Shown: positions 27,672 to 37,151 of the stretch, one piece after another
Numbering within the stretch: position 1 is the stretch's first letter
Layout of the letters: the number at the start of each line of letters is the position of its first letter
Assembly: GCA_039181635.1 (NCBI GenBank)
Contig: JBCDCO010000001.1
Location: 1-57,887, forward strand
Reading direction: 5' to 3'
DNA: 57,887 nt
From: Cyanobacteria bacterium P01_G01_bin.19
GTDB taxonomy: Bacteria > Cyanobacteriota > Cyanobacteriia > Cyanobacteriales > Xenococcaceae
The notes under the pieces: generated by a model
Seen by the model: only the letters and a program-made list of their open reading frames with translations
Told to the model about the DNA's origin: nothing
The model's database searches: none
Made by a program: the position numbers and the translations under genes

Positions 27672-29969
27672 ATGTTGAGTAATAACTCTAACGATCGAAA
27701 TATAAATAGTTCCAGCCAATCTCAAGGCGCTTCTAGAGATGCTTTGGATGTGAATCCTGGTGAATACCTAGTCAAACTAAAAAGACGTTGGAAACCTGCT
27801 CTGGCAATATTTTTGCTGACATTAGGAGTTTCAGGAGGTCTGAGTTTATTACAGAAGAAAACATATCAGGGACAAGGTAAATTAGTTTTTAAGCAGGCTA
27901 GTGTAGCGGCGCAAACGGGAATTGGCGAAAATGTCGGAACTTTAGAAACCATATTACCCAACCAAACTCCGATTAGTACCCAAATTCAAGTATTAGAGTC
28001 AGAACCTGTCATTCAGCAGGTAATCGACCGCCAAAAATTAACTGATGATGAAGGAAACCCGCTAAAGACAAAAGATTTTAGAAGAAGTCTCAGCACGGAA
28101 CTTATCGGCGGTACAGACGTTGTTGAGGTGAGATACAAGCATTCAGACCCTAAAGTCGCTTCGGATGTGGTCAACAGTTTAATGGACGTCTATATACAGG
28201 AGCAGATCCAAGGTAATCAATCTGAACCCGAAGCAGCCAAAGAATTTATCAATCAAGAGCTACCTTCGATCGAGTCAAAGGTAGAACAGGCAGAGCAAGA
28301 TATTTCTGCATTTAGAACCGAAAACAACATAGTCGACCTAGCAGAAGAAAAGAAAGGACTAGTTGCTAACTTAGGAGACTTAAACCAGCAAATATCTACT
28401 ACAGGCTCAGAGTTGCAGGGTTTGCAGGCTCAAACCAGTGCTTTGCAAGGACAGCTGGGTTTAAGTCTCAACCAAGCAGTAGCAGCCAATCAGCTCTCTG
28501 CTTCTCCAGAGGTACAAAGTATTTTAGAGCAGCTAAATTTAACCGAATCGAATCTGGCACAAGAGCGCCAAAGATTTAATGAGGAACATCCCAGCATTGT
28601 GAGCTTGAATGAAAAGAAAAACGATCTTAACAATCAATTAAAAGGTTTGGTTGCCAGTACTATTGGTCAAGGAGTAAATATTTCTCAAGGGCTGCTGCAA
28701 AACAACAATGGCATCAAGGAAAATCAGATAGAAAGATTTATTACTCTCAAAATTGAAGAACTAAGCCTACAAAGACAGGTCACATCTCTATACGAATCTC
28801 AGCAAGAATATCTCCAACGAGCAAAGGAACTACCAATATTAGAGCAGAGAGAGCAGGAATTGGTTCGTAATGCAGAAGCTGCAGGAACAACTCTAGAAAC
28901 TCTATTGGACAATCTGCAAAAGGCAGAAATATCAGCCAGTCAAGAAAGCGGCAACGCCAAGGTGGTCGAATATTCAGCAGTCCCTGAGGAGGGTAGTTCG
29001 GGAAGAATTGTGCTTTTAGGTCTGGGCTTAATCTTAGGTGTGTTTCTCTCGAATCTGTCGGTTGTCCTACTCGAAATGCAGGATAGAACGTTAAAGACTT
29101 TAGCAGAGGTGAAAAAAAAGTTTGCCTATCAAACCATCGGAATTACCCCTCTAGAGCCTGCAAGTTATCAAGATAGGATCGTAACGAGAGAAGAGCCAGA
29201 CTCTTTCTCGAGCGAAGTGTACCGCATGATTCAGGCAAATTTGAAATTCTTGACTAGCGGTAAGCCGCCCAAAGTGATTTTGGTAACTAGCTCGGTTCCA
29301 GAGGAGGGGAAATCTACCGTTACAGCTAATTTGGCTGCAGCTATTGCTCAGTTAGGTCGAGAGGTTCTGCTAATTGATGCTGACTTACGTCGTTCTTCTC
29401 AACATCGTCTGTGGGGAACTAGCAACAAAAAAGGTCTCAAAGACATCATCGTCAGCAATGTTAGCTTAAATTCTGTTTTATCCAAACCTATGCCCAAGCT
29501 GAATCTTTTGACCAGTGGCATGGTAAATTCTAATCCTCTGGCTTTACTAGATTCTCCAGCTTTAAGCGATTTAGTCGGTCGCTCCCGTCGAAATTACGAT
29601 CTTATTTTGATCGATGCACCGCCTTTACCCGTGACAGCTGATGTATTGACCCTCAGCAAGCTGGTAGATGGCATCGTTTTTGTTACTAGACCTGGAGTGG
29701 TAGAGCAAGAAAGTGCCGAATTAGCTCAAGAAACTTTAAATAGCACTGGGCAAAAAGTTTTAGGAATGATAATTAATGGTGTCAAGCCCGCCGACTTTGA
29801 TCGCTATTCGTATCACGGTCGCTATGGAAAAAGCTACCATCCCAAAAATATCGCCAAAAACCAAGAGCGAGAAAATTGGCAAAACGGAAACCAAGGCAGT
29901 CAAGATCTCTCAAATCCCCCCAAAAACAAGAATAGTAATCAAGGTGGTGTGAGCCGCGCCAAACTCTAA
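27672..29969 (+). CDS. wzc: Second Wzc/GumC polysaccharide co-polymerase/tyrosine kinase
   Basis: KRRWKPAL + TM, coiled coils, TSSVPEEGKST, IDADLR, IDAPP. Confidence 0.88.
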   Translation: MLSNNSNDRNINSSSQSQGASRDALDVNPGEYLVKLKRRWKPALAIFLLTLGVSGGLSLLQKKTYQGQGKLVFKQASVAAQTGIGENVGTLETILPNQTPISTQIQVLESEPVIQQVIDRQKLTDDEGNPLKTKDFRRSLSTELIGGTDVVEVRYKHSDPKVASDVVNSLMDVYIQEQIQGNQSEPEAAKEFINQELPSIESKVEQAEQDISAFRTENNIVDLAEEKKGLVANLGDLNQQISTTGSELQGLQAQTSALQGQLGLSLNQAVAANQLSASPEVQSILEQLNLTESNLAQERQRFNEEHPSIVSLNEKKNDLNNQLKGLVASTIGQGVNISQGLLQNNNGIKENQIERFITLKIEELSLQRQVTSLYESQQEYLQRAKELPILEQREQELVRNAEAAGTTLETLLDNLQKAEISASQESGNAKVVEYSAVPEEGSSGRIVLLGLGLILGVFLSNLSVVLLEMQDRTLKTLAEVKKKFAYQTIGITPLEPASYQDRIVTREEPDSFSSEVYRMIQANLKFLTSGKPPKVILVTSSVPEEGKSTVTANLAAAIAQLGREVLLIDADLRRSSQHRLWGTSNKKGLKDIIVSNVSLNSVLSKPMPKLNLLTSGMVNSNPLALLDSPALSDLVGRSRRNYDLILIDAPPLPVTADVLTLSKLVDGIVFVTRPGVVEQESAELAQETLNSTGQKVLGMIINGVKPADFDRYSYHGRYGKSYHPKNIAKNQERENWQNGNQGSQDLSNPPKNKNSNQGGVSRAKL

Positions 29970-30131
29970 AAAGCTTGGCTATTTACAGGGCAAAAGCCTA
30001 GCCTCCAGCTTTAGATGCGATCGCGCGATCACATCTGTTTGATGTCATAGACTTGTGTAGAATATTTAGGGGGTGTTAGCGTCTTATTAACATCGAACAT
30101 TATTTTCTCAGCACAGGTTTAGACTGTAATT

Positions 30132-30782
30132 ATGACTTTACAACTGCGCGTTTACGTGCCCGACCATCCACTAATCAAACATTGGTTGTCAGTAGCTAGA
30201 GACGTAAATACACCACCCGTGCTGTTTAAAAGTGCCATGGGAGAATTAGGTCGTTGGTTGACCTATGAAGCAATCAGAAACTGGCTCCCCACTATCGATA
30301 CCAAAGTCCAAACACCGATCACAGAATGCGCAGCAACTTTTATCGATCCGCAAATTCCAGTTGGTATAGTTCCCATATTAAGGGCTGGCTTGGCTTTGGT
30401 AGATGAAGTCCAAAAAGTTTTGCCGATATCAACTGTTTATCACCTGGGCTTAGTTCGCAATGAATCTAGCTTAGAGCCAGCCTGCTATTTAAATAAATTG
30501 CCCGATCGCTTTGCTGACCAAACTAGAATTGTCATTCTCGAACCAATGCTAGCTACTGGAGGATCGATTATGATGGCAATGAAAGAAGTTGTCAGTCGGG
30601 GAGTTCAACCAGAACTAATCAGAATTATTTCAATCGTAGCTGCACCCCCAGCCCTCAGACAGCTGAGCGAAAATTATCCTGGACTGGAGATTTATACGGC
30701 TATCATTGATGAAGGGCTCAATAGCAAAGGATATATTGTTCCTGGCTTGGGAGACGCGGGAGACCGCGCTTTTGGAACATAG
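30132..30782 (+). CDS. upp: Uracil phosphoribosyltransferase
   Basis: HPLIKHWL, VPILRAGL, EPMLATGGS, YIVPGLGDAGDR. Confidence 0.95.
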   Translation: MTLQLRVYVPDHPLIKHWLSVARDVNTPPVLFKSAMGELGRWLTYEAIRNWLPTIDTKVQTPITECAATFIDPQIPVGIVPILRAGLALVDEVQKVLPISTVYHLGLVRNESSLEPACYLNKLPDRFADQTRIVILEPMLATGGSIMMAMKEVVSRGVQPELIRIISIVAAPPALRQLSENYPGLEIYTAIIDEGLNSKGYIVPGLGDAGDRAFGT

Positions 30783-30819
30783 AATAATCGACGTTTAGAA
30801 AAAACAGTGTTTAATTACG

Positions 30820-31104
30820 ATGGGTGAAAAAAAAGGTTTTGGCAATGGGTTTATTATTGGTTCGATAGTTGGCGGCGTAGTTGGTGGCTTGTTAGGGACG
30901 GTATTGGCTGCCCGTAACGGTGAAAAGCAGATTTCTGCCAGAGACTCGGAGAGCCTACAGGACGGTAAGAACATTTCCTTCACCAGCGAAGAAAGTATTG
31001 AGTTGGCTCGTCATGGTTTGGAAGATAAAATTGCTCAATTAAACTTGGCTATTGATGATGTGACTCAACAGTTAGGAGCGGTCAAAAGTAAACCCGAAGA
31101 ATAA
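30820..31104 (+). CDS. Small conserved membrane-anchored protein (YtxH-like)
   Basis: GFIIGSIVGGVVGGLLG TM; LEDKIAQLNLAIDDV coiled coil. Confidence 0.75.
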   Translation: MGEKKGFGNGFIIGSIVGGVVGGLLGTVLAARNGEKQISARDSESLQDGKNISFTSEESIELARHGLEDKIAQLNLAIDDVTQQLGAVKSKPEE

Positions 31105-31149
31105 ATCGAGTGATTTATTCTGATATTAAAATATCAAAATAGACTACTA

Positions 31150-32031
31150 CTACAAAATTGGTGGTATGTCTGTGGGCAAAGGGATAAATTCGTTTTCTTT
31201 GGGTACTCTTGGAAATCTTCCCAATTGCCAGTCTTGCTTGGCTTGTTCGATTCTTTCTTTGCTGCTAGAAACAAAATTCCACCACTTATAACGTTTGCCC
31301 ACGGGTTCGCCGCCGATTACCATACATCGCGCCTTAGTTTGCGCGGAAATTTCGATTGAGGAATCCGAGGCTATTATTGCCATTCGATGTTGAGGGAGTT
31401 CTTGCCCATCAATTAAGACTCCCGATGTAATTGAATAAATCGCTCTTTCACTATAATCAGCATCAAGCATCAGTTTACTTCCTGGTTCTAAAGCAAGATC
31501 GCAATACAAAGTTGATGACAAGCTACGAACAGAAGATTCTCGCCCTTTTAATTTTCCGATAATTAAAGCGATCGCTACCCCATTTTCCGTCCATCGAGGA
31601 ATGTCTTCGGCTGGATAATGAACAAAGCTGGGCTCTACATCCTCTGCTTCTTCTGGCAATGCAACCCAAATTTGTACTGCATGAAGCGTAGTTGCTAAAT
31701 TGCGATCGCTCTCCAAACTCCTTTCTGAGTGAACAATTCCTTTGCCTGCAGTCATCCAATTTACCGCGCCTGGATGAATTTCCTGAACGTATCCCAAGCT
31801 ATCACGATGTAGTAATGCCCCTTCAAATACGTAAGTCACTGTAGCCAAGTTAATATGGGGATGAGGTCTAACGTCTACTCCTCTACCTGGTGGAAAGTTT
31901 GCTGGTCCTAGATGGTCGAAAAAAATGAAAGAACCCACCATAGAATGTTCTTTATGGGGCAAACTACGGCGAGCGTTAAATCCTCCCAAATCTTGAACGT
32001 GGGGCTCGAGCAACTTAATAATATTAGACAT
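31150..32031 (-). CDS. Pirin family protein
   Basis: HPHINLATVTY, NWMTAGKGIVHSE, WWNFVSS. Confidence 0.93.
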   Translation of the reverse strand: MSNIIKLLEPHVQDLGGFNARRSLPHKEHSMVGSFIFFDHLGPANFPPGRGVDVRPHPHINLATVTYVFEGALLHRDSLGYVQEIHPGAVNWMTAGKGIVHSERSLESDRNLATTLHAVQIWVALPEEAEDVEPSFVHYPAEDIPRWTENGVAIALIIGKLKGRESSVRSLSSTLYCDLALEPGSKLMLDADYSERAIYSITSGVLIDGQELPQHRMAIIASDSSIEISAQTKARCMVIGGEPVGKRYKWWNFVSSSKERIEQAKQDWQLGRFPRVPKENEFIPLPTDIPPIL

Positions 32032-32100
32032 CAGAAATTATAGCTTTTAATTATCGACAGTAAGCTTCATTTTGATTGTTCCATATCATCTTAATATTTA

Positions 32101-33054
32101 ATGTCAATGAGAGATTTATATCCGCCAATCGAACCCTACAATGAAGGAAAATTAAAAGTTTCCGAGCTTCATACCATCCACTATGAAGAGTCTGGGAATC
32201 CTCAAGGAAAACCAGTTGTGTTTCTTCATGGAGGACCTGGGGGCGGTATTGTGCCGATGTATCGCCAGTATTTCGATCCGCAACAATGGCGAATTGTTAT
32301 TTTTGCTCAACGAGGTTGCGGTCAGAGCACTCCTTATGCCGAATTGAGAGAAAACACTACCTGGGATTTGGTTAGTGATATTGAAAAGCTACGCCAACAT
32401 CTCGATATTGACCAATGGGTTGTTTTTGGCGGTAGTTGGGGTAGTACATTAGCCTTGACCTATAGTCAGACTCATCCCACTAGCTGTAAGGGGCTGATTT
32501 TACGCGGTATCTTTATGTTGCGTACTTCAGAAATTCTCTGGTTTTATCAAGAAGGTGCTAGCTATATCTATCCTGACGCTTGGGAAGAATATCTCAAGCC
32601 GATTCCAATTGAAGAGAGAGGGGATTTACTATCTGCTTTTTATCAAAGATTGACCAGTGAAGATAGAGAGATTCGTCTTGCTGCTGCGGAGGCTTGGTCC
32701 GTCTGGGAAGCCAGTACGAGCAAATTGATTCCTTCAACCACGAGTAAAAAACGTTTTGCAATGGCAGAATTTGCCGAGGCTTTTGCTCGCATTGAATGCC
32801 ATTATTTTGTCAATAAAGGCTTTTTCGAACGCGAAAATCAGCTGTTGGAAAATATAGACCGCATTCGTCATTTACCTGCTGTTATTGTTCAGGGGAGATA
32901 CGATGTAGTTTGCCCCATGAAAAGTGCCTGGGAGCTGCACAAAGCTTGGCAAGAAGCTGAATTTATTGTTGTGCCCGATGCGGGGCACTCCGTATCAGAG
33001 CCTGGTATTAGAGACGCTTTGATTCAGGCAACAGATCGCTTTGCTACGCTATAA
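32101..33054 (+). CDS. pip: Prolyl aminopeptidase
   Basis: HGGPGGG, GGSWGS nucleophile, GRYDVVCP, DAGHS. Confidence 0.93.
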   Translation: MSMRDLYPPIEPYNEGKLKVSELHTIHYEESGNPQGKPVVFLHGGPGGGIVPMYRQYFDPQQWRIVIFAQRGCGQSTPYAELRENTTWDLVSDIEKLRQHLDIDQWVVFGGSWGSTLALTYSQTHPTSCKGLILRGIFMLRTSEILWFYQEGASYIYPDAWEEYLKPIPIEERGDLLSAFYQRLTSEDREIRLAAAEAWSVWEASTSKLIPSTTSKKRFAMAEFAEAFARIECHYFVNKGFFERENQLLENIDRIRHLPAVIVQGRYDVVCPMKSAWELHKAWQEAEFIVVPDAGHSVSEPGIRDALIQATDRFATL

Positions 33055-33103
33055 CTTATACAAGAAAATAGATTGTCTATTTTATATTTAAATTAAAATC
33101 TAA

Positions 33104-34753
33104 ATGTTTGCTCTAACTAAAAATACCTCTCGCCAGAGAGAAATTGCTGAAGTAGTTTTCCGTAATGGTTGGGATTACGCGCGGGGGTTATTAACTGGGG
33201 ACAAATCTGACGAACCTCGTTTGCCTTCCCCAGAAGTTTTACGCAACATATTAATTGAATTGGGACCTGTATATGTCAAGTTAGGACAATTACTTTCTAC
33301 CCGTCCCGATCTGCTTCCTGGTCGTTATGTAGACACTCTCACCGATCTTCAAGCCAACGTTCCACCCGTACCCTGGAGCGAAGTAGAAAATTTAATTCGA
33401 CAGGAGCTATCTCAACCTTTAGAGACAGTTTTTAGCCATATAGACCCTCAGGCGATCGCTGCAGGTTCTATCGGTCAGGTTTATCGTGCGGTGTTGAATA
33501 ACGGGCAAACTGTGGCGTTAAAAGTACAGCGTCCTGGAATTGAAGCTGTAGTTGCTCGAGACATTTCCTTAATCAAAAGCCTGGCAGAGCTAGTATCTCG
33601 AACTGAATTTGGCAAAAACTTCGACATTATCGGTTTAGCCGATGAGTTTAGCAAAGCTTTGGAAGCAGAACTCGATTTTACCAGCGAGGCAAAGTATACC
33701 GAGCAGTTACGCACTAATTTAATCGACAGTGAGTGGTTTGACTCTGCAAAATTGACCATCCCTCAAGTTTACAATAGCTTGACTACCACCAAATTATTAA
33801 CCATTGAGTGGTTAAACGGAGTTCCTCTGCTAGAAGCGGATCTTCCTCTGGTTAGAGACAACAAAGACGAAGCAACCCAGCGTAGCGAAATAACGACTAT
33901 TTTGTTTCGAGCTTTTTTTAAGCAGGTATATATTGACGGCTTTTTTCATGCCGATCCCCATCCAGGTAATATTTTTTATCTTCAAGATGGTCGAGTAGCA
34001 ATTCTAGATTGCGGTATGGTCGGTCGTTTGGATCCTCGTACCCAGCAGATTTTAACGGAAATGCTGTTAGCCATAGTCGATTTAGATGGTCGTCGCTGCA
34101 GTCAATTAACTTTGGAACTAGCAGAAGGTAGCCAAAAAGTAGACATAAATCGGCTGACCAACGACTACGATCGCATGCTGCGCAAGTACTATAATCGCAG
34201 TATTTCTCAAATCAACTTTAGCGAGGTAATTTACGAAGTTTTACAGGTATCTCGCAACAATAAAATTAGGCTTCCTAGCAATATGGGTTTGTACGCTAAA
34301 ACTCTAGCTAATTTAGAAGGAGTCGCCAGAGGGTTTTATCCTCAGATTAATTTATTAGATCAAATTAGACCTTTGATAGCTGATGTTTTTCGCCGTCAGT
34401 TTTTGGGTGAAAGACCAGTCGAAACATTACTCAGGATTGGACTAGATTTTAAAAGCCTTACTCTGAGGTCGCCTCGTCTAGTGGAATTGCTGCTTGATCG
34501 CATTACTTCAGAAACCCTGAAGTGGAATATCGACATTGCTAGACTCGATATTTTAGCTATTAGCCTAGAAGATTCTGCCAATCGTCTTTCTTTTAGCATT
34601 TTAGTCGGCTCTTTGATCATGGGAGCAGCCATCATCTCAACTGGTTCAGCTACAACTCAAGTATCTATTGTAAGCAATGTTCTGTTTTCTGTAGCTAGTC
34701 TTTTGGGAATTTGGCTAATTGTCAGCATTTTGCGTTCGGGAAAGCTAAAGTAA
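33104..34753 (+). CDS. ABC1/AarF/UbiB atypical kinase
   Basis: KLGQLLSTRPDL, AAGSIGQV, VALKVQRP, HADPHPGN, DCGMVG; two C-terminal TMs. Confidence 0.93.
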   Translation: MFALTKNTSRQREIAEVVFRNGWDYARGLLTGDKSDEPRLPSPEVLRNILIELGPVYVKLGQLLSTRPDLLPGRYVDTLTDLQANVPPVPWSEVENLIRQELSQPLETVFSHIDPQAIAAGSIGQVYRAVLNNGQTVALKVQRPGIEAVVARDISLIKSLAELVSRTEFGKNFDIIGLADEFSKALEAELDFTSEAKYTEQLRTNLIDSEWFDSAKLTIPQVYNSLTTTKLLTIEWLNGVPLLEADLPLVRDNKDEATQRSEITTILFRAFFKQVYIDGFFHADPHPGNIFYLQDGRVAILDCGMVGRLDPRTQQILTEMLLAIVDLDGRRCSQLTLELAEGSQKVDINRLTNDYDRMLRKYYNRSISQINFSEVIYEVLQVSRNNKIRLPSNMGLYAKTLANLEGVARGFYPQINLLDQIRPLIADVFRRQFLGERPVETLLRIGLDFKSLTLRSPRLVELLLDRITSETLKWNIDIARLDILAISLEDSANRLSFSILVGSLIMGAAIISTGSATTQVSIVSNVLFSVASLLGIWLIVSILRSGKLK

Positions 34754-35439
34754 ACAAATATTTTATCAAGGTCAATTGTTGAAACCCTTAAAAACATCGA
34801 TAAAGTTTTGATAAATTGCCAGATAAACTGGTGAATTATTGATAAAGCTTTGATTAAACTTTGATAAAGATAGATATCAACAAATAAAGCAAAAAAAACA
34901 TCAAAAATTCATATTTGTTGTTTCAGAAACTATTTCAATATTCTAACAGTAAGAGTAAAAAGCTGAAAATATTGAAATAGCAGCTTTGTGAAAAAACAAG
35001 CTGCTATACAAAATTATTATAAAAACCAGAAAACTCGAGAAAAAATTTCAACAAGCATTATAAAGCTCGGGAAATTATATTTGTAAGTACAAATAAGTAG
35101 TATGATTGAAAAAGTAAGTAATCGTATTGACATCTAAACTATTGATTCAATTACGAATCGTAGTTTATACGGTGCAGTTATTTACTCAAAAACAATCAAA
35201 AATAACGAGCTAAAAACAAAGCGAAGTCTAAGTTTTCCAGGTTACAAGGCTATATTCGATCATCTTAATTGAACCTTTTGTTTTTTCAATAACTGGTGAA
35301 CTATTAGTTGTTAATTAATATTTTCAATACAGATTAAAAAGAAATAAACAAATTTAAACCAGAATAAAATCATGAGATTAAAAAGAATTGATAAACAACC
35401 TAAAGGTTTTGATGAAAAATTACTAGGATTAAACAACCG

Positions 35440-35660
35440 TCATTTTTTTGGGTCTATATCTATTTATCTGTCAACTTATTCTTCGGAAATGAATCTCATT
35501 GAAACTGAATGGCATCAAATTAAAACTCATGAATTAGCTGGTCGCATTTTTGAGGATGAATATGATTTGGCGATCTCAGTAATCGAGGGAGCAGAAGCCT
35601 TCGCTCAGCGAGGACAATATGACACCAAAAGTTTTCTATTTAATTCTGCCTAGCTACTTA
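35440..35660 (+). mobile_element. IS630-family transposase 3' remnant with probable terminal end
   Basis: YL.TYS.EMNLIETEWHQIK.HE ... FLFNSA* followed by CTACTTA; only the last DDE segment remains. Confidence 0.75.
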
Positions 35661-35760
35661 ATCCGCTTACTTTTATTAAGAGCAATAAGAAATTAAATAG
35701 TTATGTTTAAAAAATCCTTTCAACAGGTTATGTATCAATCCGTATAAAGACAGATTAACT

Positions 35761-36921
35761 ATGAACACTACGCTAATTCAACCTCCTAATCCCGAAGATG
35801 TGCTTTATCGCATCAACGCTGGTGGACCATTGGTCCCAGCGATTGATGGTGGGCTAGACTGGGCTGCCGATATCAACACTTCTGGTGCTGCTGGCAATAG
35901 CCCCTATCTCGTCAGCGCTGGCAGTCAGACTTATAACAATTTAATAAAAACCTCACATTCTGGCGATGTTGAGAGCGCAATCGGTGTGCCAGTGACTACT
36001 CCCCTGGCAGTATTCAACACGGAGCGATTTGGCACTCCTTTATATCCAAATATGCTATGGCAGTTTAATGTGGCGGCCGATCATGGTCTAAAATCAGGCG
36101 ACCAGGTTGAAGTCCGGCTCTACTTCGCCGAAATTTTTGGCGACATCGATGCAGACGGTAAGCGTGTATTTGATGTCGCGGTCGAAGGGGTAATATCGCC
36201 AGAATTTGATGACATAGATTTCTTCGCTGAAGTTGGCAGTGCAGGTAATATCGGCTCTGGTCGTACTACGGATGCAACCGTTAGTGCTGATGGTGTGCTC
36301 GATATTGAATTTATTCCCAGTGTGCAGAACCCAGCCATCAAAGCTATTGAAGTCGTCGCACTCAGCGACTCTGCACTAACGCCTAACTCGGAAACTGGTG
36401 GTTCGAGTATGAACCGCTATCTTACTGACGAAGTACGCCGCTTTTATCAATTTGAGAAAGGGTTTCATTTTTATTCTACTGATGATGTTGAAATTGATTA
36501 TGTTCGAGAAAAAAGCGAAACAGGAGAGTTAGCCTATCAATATGAAAGCGAAAAATTTCAGGTCTTAGCCGATAATAAAGATGCTTTAACTGGAGAAACT
36601 TTGGAAGGAGTTGAGGCAGTTTATCGTTTCTTCAATACCGATACGGGTTCTCATCTTTACACTACCGATGAAGTCGAAAAAGCCTTTATTGAAGAAAATT
36701 TATCCAACTACTATCCTGAGGGAATTAAATATCATGTTTTTGAATCTCAACCAGAAGGAATAGAGACAACCCCCATGTTTAGATTGCTGAATACCAATAC
36801 GGGTTCTCACCTTTTTACGATTGACCAAAACGAATTGAATTACATTCAGAATAATTTACCCCATTTCTCTTTAGAGAATGAAGGTGAAGCAGTTTTTTAT
36901 GTGTTTGAGCTAGAAAGTTAA
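35761..36921 (+). CDS. Malectin-domain protein with C-terminal triple-repeat domain (DUF5648-like)
   Basis: YRINAGG, TERFG, VRLYFAEI, GKRVFDVAVEG, NPAIKAIEV; YRFFNTDTGSHLYT-type repeats. Confidence 0.82.
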   Translation: MNTTLIQPPNPEDVLYRINAGGPLVPAIDGGLDWAADINTSGAAGNSPYLVSAGSQTYNNLIKTSHSGDVESAIGVPVTTPLAVFNTERFGTPLYPNMLWQFNVAADHGLKSGDQVEVRLYFAEIFGDIDADGKRVFDVAVEGVISPEFDDIDFFAEVGSAGNIGSGRTTDATVSADGVLDIEFIPSVQNPAIKAIEVVALSDSALTPNSETGGSSMNRYLTDEVRRFYQFEKGFHFYSTDDVEIDYVREKSETGELAYQYESEKFQVLADNKDALTGETLEGVEAVYRFFNTDTGSHLYTTDEVEKAFIEENLSNYYPEGIKYHVFESQPEGIETTPMFRLLNTNTGSHLFTIDQNELNYIQNNLPHFSLENEGEAVFYVFELES

Positions 36922-36927
36922 TTGCGA

Positions 36928-36962
36928 GCGATTGGCTTTGCCAGTGCGCGGAGCGCAATCGC
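36928..36962. repeat. Small double-hairpin element within a split HIP1 site
   Basis: GCGAT-TGGCTTTGCCA-G-TGCGCGGAGCGCA-ATCGC. Confidence 0.65.
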
Positions 36963-37151
36963 AGGAACAGTTTGAAACTTGAAATATCGAGAAAATTTAG
37001 CTTACCAGATCAAAAATCACTTTCCTCAAACGAAAGAGATATGAAGAGCTTTTAGTTAAAGGAGATGAATATGATAGTACGGCTCACGAGAAAGTTCTGG
37101 TCATAAAAAACGCCAGCAAAATCCTGCCTGAAAACTTTGACTATCAAGTTA

